This document shows positions 43,153 to 50,504 of a stretch of 64,000 bases of DNA, piece by piece (the first letter of the stretch is position 1; every line of letters begins with the position of its first letter). The notes under the pieces are model-generated. The model saw nothing but the letters and a program-made list of their open reading frames with translations, did no database searches and had not been told where the DNA came from. The DNA comes from Bacteroidota bacterium (GTDB taxonomy: Bacteria; Bacteroidota; Bacteroidia; Bacteroidales; Cfx3-03). The translations under genes and the position numbers were made by a program. Where the stretch lies: assembly GCA_013390605.1 (NCBI GenBank), contig JACAUB010000001.1:5054250-5118249 (forward strand), written 5' to 3'.

Positions 43153-44253
43153 TTAAGTATTAGATTCGAAAAGATAAAGATGATCATAGTGAATTATGGG
43201 TTGTTTTTTCTTTTTCCCTGCCAACTCGCCGGCTTTTTCAGAATCATAAAGTGTTTTTCCTAATCCAATCTCCTCTCCATGCTGATCAATAATCTTGATA
43301 ATATCCCCTTTTTTGAAAAATCCTTTAATGCCGGTTACTCCTATTAGCAAAAGACTGGATGCCTTATCCGAAAGGAGTGCTTCGCAGGCTCCCTCATTGA
43401 TCAACACTTCTCCTTTTGTGAAGCTGTCAGAATGTGCTAACCACTTTTTGATACTTGATGATTTTTTTTCATTAGGAACAAAATGAGTGTTTAATACAGA
43501 TGAGGCTGAATCCAGCAAATCGATCAGGATATTGTCACTCTTGCCGTTGGCAATATGAACATGAATTCCCTGTTCTGCAATCTTACGGGCAATGGTCATT
43601 TTTGTAATCATCCCACCTCTTCCAAATTCTGATTTAGAGGTTTGGATATAATCAGACAAGTCGGAAGTGTCAGGTTGTACTACTCTAATTACTTTTGCAT
43701 CCGGGTTGTCCGGATGGTCTGTAAAGATGCCATCAATATTACTTAGAATGATCAGTGCCTCGAGATCCATCATTGTTGTAATGAGTCCTGAAAGTTCATC
43801 GTTGTCTGTAAACATGAGTTCTGTTACAGAAATTGTGTCATTTTCATTAATGACAGGTAAAACATTATTCTCTAGCAATGTGTTCAGACAGTTCTTCATA
43901 TTCAGATAATGCCTTCTGTCTCTGAAATTATCTTTTGTCGTGAGTACCTGTGCACAAATAATTCCATATTCGCTAAACAGATCATAATAACGATTGATTA
44001 AACGTACTTGTCCAACTGCAGACCATAGTTGACGTGAAGAGACCGTGTCAAGTTTATTCTTAGGGTGTACTTCGCTACGGCCGGCAGCAACAGCACCTGA
44101 AGAGATCAGGATAATTTCAATGCCTTCTTTTTTCAAGCGAGCTATTTGGTCGGCTAGTTGAGCCATTCGTGCAATGTCAAGGGTCCCATCGGCTCGTGTA
44201 AGCACATTGCTTCCTACTTTTACTGCAATTCGTTTGTATCTGCTATTCATCAT
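43153..44253 (-). CDS. proB: glutamate 5-kinase with PUA domain
   Basis: VKVGSNVL, SSGAVAAG, NENDT, DNDELS, GRGGMITK. Confidence 0.97.
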   Translation of the reverse strand: MMNSRYKRIAVKVGSNVLTRADGTLDIARMAQLADQIARLKKEGIEIILISSGAVAAGRSEVHPKNKLDTVSSRQLWSAVGQVRLINRYYDLFSEYGIICAQVLTTKDNFRDRRHYLNMKNCLNTLLENNVLPVINENDTISVTELMFTDNDELSGLITTMMDLEALIILSNIDGIFTDHPDNPDAKVIRVVQPDTSDLSDYIQTSKSEFGRGGMITKMTIARKIAEQGIHVHIANGKSDNILIDLLDSASSVLNTHFVPNEKKSSSIKKWLAHSDSFTKGEVLINEGACEALLSDKASSLLLIGVTGIKGFFKKGDIIKIIDQHGEEIGLGKTLYDSEKAGELAGKKKKQPIIHYDHLYLFESNT

Positions 44254-44263
44254 TAATTGGTAT

Positions 44264-44293
44264 AAAAAAAATCCGAAGATTGCTCTCCGGATT
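44264..44293 (-). terminator. attenuator terminator in the proB 5' leader
   Basis: Minus strand AATCCGGAGA-GCAA-TCTTCGGATT then T-run, ending 10 nt before the proB ATG; GNRA loop; no long co-oriented gene upstream. Confidence 0.85.
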
Positions 44294-44340
44294 CAGATTA
44301 TTTCATTGTTAAACAAAGTAGTTTTAAGAAAACAGTAAAG

Positions 44341-44463
44341 CTAATCTGTATTGACAATCATATCCGGAGAAAAAAAACATAAAACAAGCGGTCGGCCTGT
44401 ATAAGCTGATAGAGCCTGAGGTCGTGTAACTGCGTGTAGTAAATATGTTTTATTTTTGATCAT
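44341..44463 (-). CDS. putative 40-aa leader peptide of proBA (MIKNKTYLLHAVTRPQALSAYTGRPLVLCFFSPDMIVNTD)
   Basis: ATG ~30 nt downstream of a -7 box; its last 10 codons contain the sequences complementary to the terminator 5' arm. Confidence 0.65.
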   Translation of the reverse strand: MIKNKTYLLHAVTRPQALSAYTGRPLVLCFFSPDMIVNTD

Positions 44464-44492
44464 CAGATTGATTCGATTTGCTTTTGATAAAG

Positions 44493-44500
44493 CAAAGATA
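44493..44500 (-). promoter_or_regulatory. -7 promoter element for leader-proBA
   Basis: TATCTTTG on the minus strand (TAnnTTTG). Confidence 0.65.
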
Positions 44501-44800
44501 ACAAAAGTGATTTTAAACATATTGAAAATTAGCAAAATGAATAATAAATAACACAATTGGGTGATATTATTATAATTTTTAACATGAATATATTCTGAAA
44601 ATAGCACTTAATATTGATACGAAAACAGGCTTTTATGCTACTAATTCATTTTGAAATCATATTTATATCTTTGCTTTAATGTAGACGCTTTTATTTTTAG
44701 CAATTTGGGTATCTAAAGCAAGTCACAGCTCTATACCACAAAATAAATAACCTGTATAAAATTAGGAAGCGATAAATCAAAATAAGAAATAACACCTTTT

Positions 44801-45010
44801 ATTCTCCAAATAATCATTGATAATGGAGGTATAATGATGCTTCAATCCCCAAAGTATTCTATTTGCTTACTCCATGATTTCACCATGCCTCCCATTATTT
44901 GCAGGAGTCATGGCGGAAGGATGCCGGATCCACGCCGGACTCACACCGGACCCAATGGTAGTTATATATCTGATATAGAATTGTATAACCTGTGTTAAAA
45001 TAGGGAAATC
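44801..45010. repeat. intergenic hairpin + phased 11-bp repeat element, copy B
   Basis: Collinear with 6061-6270 at offset 38740; GGA units at 44904, 44915, 44926, 44937, 44948; more degenerate stem. Confidence 0.9.
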
Positions 45011-45178
45011 GAGGAAGGAGAGATTGTAATCTTTTGATTATTAATATAATATTGTTTGAAGTAATGTGACTTATATAAAAAACGGAAGCTTTAATAATTA
45101 AACGTTTTTTGTTGTAAGCAACGGCTTTAACTTTTTTATCTTTGATCATAAATGCAAACTTTTTAATACGCTGAGTCA

Positions 45179-45901
45179 ATGGATGCATCATTATTATTTA
45201 GCGAGATCAGAGATTTTTGTCTATCTAATGCGAATGTGGAGGTCGCTAAGAGCTCTCAACGTTTCTTCAAAGAACACTACGATGGATATGGACTTACAGC
45301 TCCGCAAGTTCATCAAAAAGTAAAAGAGCTGTTACATAAAAAGGAGCTAAATCAATCCATTATTTTATCAGCAATGCCAATGTTTTTGGAGAATGGAAAA
45401 TACGAGGAGATCTCTTTAGGTCTTTTACTCTTAAATGGCTTCTCAAAACAATTTACAAGAGAGACATTTAACGAAATCAGTACATACTTTTCGAAAAGCA
45501 TCGATAATTGGGCACATGCTGATATTCTTGGAATGTTCATCTTGCCTAAATTTCTCCTTCAAAACATTGTTGAATTAAATGATTTTGATACGTGGATCTC
45601 TTCTCCTTACAAATTCCAGCGGCGATGTATTCCGGTTACTTTTATTAAACCTGTTAAAGTAAAAAAAGAAGTATCTACTTATATCGATTTTGTCAAAACC
45701 TTAATGGATGATAAAGAAAGAGAGGTGCATCAAGGGATGGGATGGTTTTTGCGAGAAGCCTGGAAGATTGAACATAAAGAGGTAGAAACTTTTTTATTTG
45801 ATCGAAAGGAGACTGCTCCCAGGTTGATCGTTCAATATGCTTGTGAGAAAATGACGGCAGAAGAGAAAAAGCGTTTTAAAAGAACTGATCAAAAAAGGTA
45901 A
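45179..45901 (+). CDS. DNA alkylation repair protein (AlkD-like HEAT-repeat glycosylase)
   Basis: IDNWAHAD, FQRR, VHQGMGWFLREAWK, YACEKM. Confidence 0.85.
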   Translation: MDASLLFSEIRDFCLSNANVEVAKSSQRFFKEHYDGYGLTAPQVHQKVKELLHKKELNQSIILSAMPMFLENGKYEEISLGLLLLNGFSKQFTRETFNEISTYFSKSIDNWAHADILGMFILPKFLLQNIVELNDFDTWISSPYKFQRRCIPVTFIKPVKVKKEVSTYIDFVKTLMDDKEREVHQGMGWFLREAWKIEHKEVETFLFDRKETAPRLIVQYACEKMTAEEKKRFKRTDQKR

Positions 45902-46007
45902 ATTCACTTTTTGATGATGCTAAAATCATAAGAAAACTGCAAATCATGGGATCAAGATAAGGTTAAAGGTTTATGTTTCTATTATCGAAGCATTATTTTT
46001 TCAAAAG

Positions 46008-46247
46008 ATGAAGGATATTGTTAATCACCTTATTCCATTCATATTGCCAATAACGGTACTGGTATTAGTCCCTCAATGGATTGAACCCAATATAGTAGTA
46101 AGTTCTATTCCCGTCTTATTATTAGGTAGTGCTTTTATTGGTTTGGAACATCTTGTTATGTTATTGACGTTATTATCTTTTATAAGAATTGGGAAAGGTA
46201 TATTAGCTCTCTGGATTCCTGCAAAAGAATTCATCGAAATAAGATAG
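46008..46247 (+). pseudogene. truncated isoprenylcysteine/phospholipid methyltransferase-like membrane protein
   Basis: Two TM helices then GKGILALWIPAKEF, a decayed form of GKGTxAPWxPxxxL; stops before the expected GPYxxVRNPM motif. Confidence 0.55.
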
Positions 46248-46521
46248 GAAATTAAAAAACCATTGTGTAACAAAAAAGTTTTTCTATCTTTGGGATAACT
46301 AATTGTTCTCTCATGTCTTATGGATTTTTTTTTACCCTTTTGGATAACAGTAAGTTTTACACTTATTGAATGGTTTTAAAAAGTTTTCTAATCAGAACAT
46401 TCGGTTTAAAAATCATATTAAACCAGATGAGCATGTTCGTTTGGCATGATTCAAAGAATCAAACACTGATGTAAATTTAACAAGTAAATTCTAATAGCCT
46501 TTTACTAAAAATTAGTTACTG

Positions 46522-48600
46522 ATGAAAACAACATTACTCTTACTCTTCTTTATCGCATTAACAATGGTCGTTACCAGTCAGAATCCCAAACGATTCAATG
46601 ATGCACAGTTAATCTCCACCGGTGTTTACTATTATCCCGAACATTGGGATCCATCGCAGTGGGAACGCGATATCAAAAACATAGCCGATATGGGTTTTGA
46701 ATATACCCATTATGCTGAATTTGCCTGGGCACAGTTAGAACCTGAAGAAGGGAAGTATGATTTTGCATGGCTTGATAGAGCTGTCGAACTTGCTGCTAAA
46801 TACAAGATTAAAGTTATCATGTGTACTTCAACCTGTACACCTCCCGTTTGGCTTGTACGTAAGCATCCTGATATACTTGAGAAAGAAGAGAATGGTACAA
46901 GTCTGGATCATGGATCACGTCAACATGCATCTTTCTCAAATAACTATTACAGACAATATGCCTTGAAGATGATTGCTGAGTTGGCAAAACATTATGGAAA
47001 CAATAAAACGATAATGGGTTGGCAAATCGATAACGAACCTCGTGCTTTCTATGATTTCGGTAATGATGCTCAACAACGTTTTCGCGATTGGTTAAAACAA
47101 AGATACAAGACCATAGATGCTTTAAATGCAGCCTGGGGTACCTCTTTCTGGAGTGAAGTATACAGCGACTTCTCACAAATTAATATTCCTTTACGTTCGC
47201 AATGGGGAATGAATTATAATCAGGTGTTAGATCATAACCGTTTTGTAGCCAACGAAACTGCAACGTTTCTTGATGATCAGGCTAAGGTGGTTCGTAAATA
47301 TGTTTCACCTGAACAATGGATTACTTCTAACTATATTCCAAATATCACCGAGGGCTATATTGGTGCCAGTCATGAACTCGATTTTGTTACCTACACTAAA
47401 TATATGGTCTTTGGCCAGTATAAAGGGGTGGGGAAAAAAGGATATCGTATGGGAAATCCTGAAAACATCTCTATTCCTAACGATTTCTTCCGACCATTAA
47501 CTTCGGGTGTCTATGGGGTGATGGAACTTCAGCCTGGCCAGGTTAACTGGGGCTCTATTGATGCTCAGCCTGCCCCTGGTGCCGTACGTATGTGGTTGTG
47601 GCATGTCTTTGCAGGTGGAAGTAAATTGGCTTGTACCTATCGTTTCCGTTCTCCATTGACGGGTTATGAGCAATATCATTATGGCATCATGAGTTATGAT
47701 GGAGTTACTCCAACACCGGGCGGACTAGAATTTCAGCAGTTTATGAAAGAGATTACGCTACTTCGTAAACAATATGACCCTTCTGCAAAGGTTCCTTCAG
47801 ATCTTGCCAGGAGAAAAACTGCTATCCTTTATAATTATGAAAATGTATGGGGAATGGAACAAAACAAGCAGACCACTGAGTGGAGTTCTTTAGGCCATAT
47901 CAACAAATATTATCTTCCATTGAAATCTTTCGGTGCAGGGGTCGATTTCATTAAAGATTCAATGGACTTCTCAAAATATCCTGTTCTGATTGCTCCAGCT
48001 TATCAGCAAATAGACAAAGCCTTAATTGAAAAGCTTACCAACTATGTTAAGAATGGTGGTAATTTGGTAATGACTTGTCGTTCCGGGCATAAAGATCGCG
48101 AGATGCATCTTTGGGAATCTAAATTTGCAGAACCTATTTATGATTTAATCGGCTCTGAAATAGAATTCTACGATTTGCTAATGCCTCATGCACCCGATAC
48201 CATTAAAATGGATAACAACAAATATGGTTGGACAAGTTGGGGTGAAATTCTGAAACCTAAAGCAGGTACTGAAACATGGGCAACCTATCAGGGTGATTTC
48301 TACGCCGGTAAACCTGCCGTAATATTTCATAAATTGGGTAAGGGAACTGTTACTTATGTAGGCGTAGATAGCAAAAATGGTGATATGGAACTCGCGGTTC
48401 TTAAAAAGTTATATAAGAAACTAGCTATTCCAGTGATGAATTATCCAACCGGAGTGATGGTTGAATACAGAGATGGCTTTGGGATTGCTGTAAATTATTC
48501 AGATAAGAATTACGATATGCCATTACCTGCAAATAGCGAAGTATTGATTGGTAAAAAGGTTATCAAGCCTGCTGATGTATTGGTTTGGAAAATAAAATAA
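46522..48600 (+). CDS. beta-galactosidase, GH42
   Basis: YYPEHW, EFAWAQLEP, WQIDNE, MELQPGQVNW, EQYHYG. Confidence 0.94.
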   Translation: MKTTLLLLFFIALTMVVTSQNPKRFNDAQLISTGVYYYPEHWDPSQWERDIKNIADMGFEYTHYAEFAWAQLEPEEGKYDFAWLDRAVELAAKYKIKVIMCTSTCTPPVWLVRKHPDILEKEENGTSLDHGSRQHASFSNNYYRQYALKMIAELAKHYGNNKTIMGWQIDNEPRAFYDFGNDAQQRFRDWLKQRYKTIDALNAAWGTSFWSEVYSDFSQINIPLRSQWGMNYNQVLDHNRFVANETATFLDDQAKVVRKYVSPEQWITSNYIPNITEGYIGASHELDFVTYTKYMVFGQYKGVGKKGYRMGNPENISIPNDFFRPLTSGVYGVMELQPGQVNWGSIDAQPAPGAVRMWLWHVFAGGSKLACTYRFRSPLTGYEQYHYGIMSYDGVTPTPGGLEFQQFMKEITLLRKQYDPSAKVPSDLARRKTAILYNYENVWGMEQNKQTTEWSSLGHINKYYLPLKSFGAGVDFIKDSMDFSKYPVLIAPAYQQIDKALIEKLTNYVKNGGNLVMTCRSGHKDREMHLWESKFAEPIYDLIGSEIEFYDLLMPHAPDTIKMDNNKYGWTSWGEILKPKAGTETWATYQGDFYAGKPAVIFHKLGKGTVTYVGVDSKNGDMELAVLKKLYKKLAIPVMNYPTGVMVEYRDGFGIAVNYSDKNYDMPLPANSEVLIGKKVIKPADVLVWKIK

Positions 48601-48641
48601 AATTAATCGGGATGGTTTAAACCAAAATCCGGGTTAAATCA

Positions 48642-48831
48642 GAGGCCACTGAAAAAGTATATCTTTAATTAAGAACACTTAAGGAGGGTTCGTTATAAGT
48701 AAAATAGACGCTCGAGAATCGCATATACGAAAACGTTCTCCACAGGTGTCCGAATAGATAAAAAGAAAAGAGGCTGATCATGACTTATGATACAGCCTCT
48801 TTTAATTTTAAAGGACTTTTCCTGTGGCCTC
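48642..48831. mobile_element. MITE, 190 bp, inserted into a terminator
   Basis: 17-bp TIRs GAGGCCACTGAAAAAGT / rc GAGGCCACAGGAAAAGT (15/17); exact 8-bp TSD TTAAATCA at 48634-48641 and 48832-48839. Confidence 0.85.
48766..48803. terminator. terminator-like hairpin inside the MITE
   Basis: AAAAGAGGCTG...CAGCCTCTTTT perfect 11-bp inverted repeat. Confidence 0.65.
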
Positions 48832-48848
48832 TTAAATCATCCCGTTTT

Positions 48849-50342
48849 TTATAATTCCTCAAATACCTTTATAATCTCCTCAATCGGTTCTGTCCCAACC
48901 GATACTCTTAATAGCTCAGCCTTCAGACCAATACTTTCAAGATACTGTCTTCCCTCTGTCGTTTGTAACAGGTCGAAATGTGCCAGATAGACATAAGGCA
49001 TGGCCAACGTAAACTCTGTACCAAAGCTGGGCCCTTTGGGAAAACGAAGATGATCATAATAGTGATGTAATTTCTTATCAAAGATGATGGAGATTAGACC
49101 AGGAAGGGCAAGATCATTTTTTCTAACCTTTAGAAAGTTATCCAGATACTCAGGATTCAACGCAGAATAGATAGCCGTTATCTTTTTAGAATGTTTAAGA
49201 TAGTCGAGTAGTGCATAGGTGTTTTCTGATATCTTTTCCACCCTCGATTTATAGTTGATTATTTTGAAAGCTAATCGTTGAATATCTTTGATATAAGGTT
49301 TTTCAACCAGCTGTCTGATTTCTGTATCACATTCAACAGCTATCTCACTTTTAGGATTCAAAATAATAGCACCCATCATTACGTCTCCATTGCCACAGGC
49401 AAATTTAGTAAGACTTTCTGCAATGATATCTGCATATTCCAACACCTCCATATTGTATGGGGTGGCAATAGTGGCATCAATAATTAGTGGAACGTTGTAT
49501 TTCTGTGTAATCTTACGTAAACGGGGTAGATCCAAACACTGAATCAATGGATTATTTGGAACCTCCGTAATCAATCCGGCGACATCAGCATGATTGATTG
49601 CAAGCCAACTCTCTAATTCGTCCAGATTGTTAGAGGTAATCTGGAAATATTTATCATTACTATATTTTTTAATAATTTCTATCGTGTCCAGATAGAGCCA
49701 ACCCAATTGAATGAAGACGGTTTTCCCTTTTCTAATCTGAATTGTACGAATGGCTTCGAATGCAGTATATACTGCATTCATTCCTGTATTACAAAGAATC
49801 ACATCGTTAGAGGATGAAATTTCATAAGCCTCGGCCAACGTTTTTTTAATAACTTCCTCTGCTCCACCATCTATATTCCTCTCTTCGTCAAATGGCGCTG
49901 AAAGAATACCTTGATTTAATAAATAATTCTCACCTTTACGGGATGAGGGATTAAGCCCATTATTCTGTATAAAGCTCTTAATCTGACTCAGTATTTTTGT
50001 TTCCTTTTCTACCTGGATAAAATCGAATCCATTATCACTTATGATAGATAGATTCTGGTCTAATTGATTGTTTATCAATGAAACGGCATGAGGAGAAGAA
50101 ACAGGAATCAGGTCGAATGCTGAGGATATCCCTTTTGTTTCCAAAATGGAGTGTTGTACTTTATGAATGAGTTTATTCATAAAGAACCGAGGATAGCCCG
50201 ACTGTAATTTTTGCATTACATATGGGTTTTTACTCTCGTATCCAATAACATCAGCAATAGTGGGTAGGCTAACCGATACGGCATGTGGATTATCAATGGG
50301 TATTGACGTACCACATGGAATATGTTGGGGTATCTTTTTCAT
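48849..50342 (-). CDS. PLP-dependent Cys/Met metabolism enzyme, cystathionine gamma-synthase-like (long form)
   Basis: AVSVSLPT, GYPRFF, TGMNA, EVPNNP, ESLTKF (PLP Lys), GPSFGTEFTL, LLRVSVG. ATG 50342 is preferred because a TAACTTTG -7 box lies at 50364-50371. Confidence 0.8.
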   Translation of the reverse strand: MKKIPQHIPCGTSIPIDNPHAVSVSLPTIADVIGYESKNPYVMQKLQSGYPRFFMNKLIHKVQHSILETKGISSAFDLIPVSSPHAVSLINNQLDQNLSIISDNGFDFIQVEKETKILSQIKSFIQNNGLNPSSRKGENYLLNQGILSAPFDEERNIDGGAEEVIKKTLAEAYEISSSNDVILCNTGMNAVYTAFEAIRTIQIRKGKTVFIQLGWLYLDTIEIIKKYSNDKYFQITSNNLDELESWLAINHADVAGLITEVPNNPLIQCLDLPRLRKITQKYNVPLIIDATIATPYNMEVLEYADIIAESLTKFACGNGDVMMGAIILNPKSEIAVECDTEIRQLVEKPYIKDIQRLAFKIINYKSRVEKISENTYALLDYLKHSKKITAIYSALNPEYLDNFLKVRKNDLALPGLISIIFDKKLHHYYDHLRFPKGPSFGTEFTLAMPYVYLAHFDLLQTTEGRQYLESIGLKAELLRVSVGTEPIEEIIKVFEEL

Positions 50343-50419
50343 TCTTGCAATAATTTGATATTGCAAAGTTACATCAACATCTCGAATTCGTGCCCTTATT
50401 TTTTACACCGTACTAAACC

Positions 50420-50449
50420 CGTAAGGACAAGCTGAGACTTGTCCTTACG
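50420..50449. repeat. REP-like palindrome
   Basis: CGTAAGGACAAG-CTGAGA-CTTGTCCTTACG perfect 12-bp stem, no T-tract. Confidence 0.55.
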
Positions 50450-50504
50450 AATATAATCGTATCGGCAACTGTATAACTGTAAGAAGAGACCGTAGCCTGT
50501 CTTT

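Noticed and set aside
44341-44607. 88-aa ORF from the track
   Set aside because: Uses a non-ATG start upstream of the -7 promoter in low-complexity AT DNA; only the ATG-initiated last 40 codons are credible.
44895-45191. 98-aa minus-strand ORF over repeat copy B
   Set aside because: No recognisable motifs, overlaps the alkD start, and the track shows no comparable ORF at copy A; 11-bp units are not codon-phased.
46394-46466. Nested hairpins upstream of GH42
   Set aside because: AT-rich, interrupted stems with no terminator or antiterminator logic.
50343-50504. SAM riboswitch upstream of the cystathionine synthase-like gene
   Set aside because: No SAM-I/II consensus seen, and the -7 box is only ~22 nt from the ATG.
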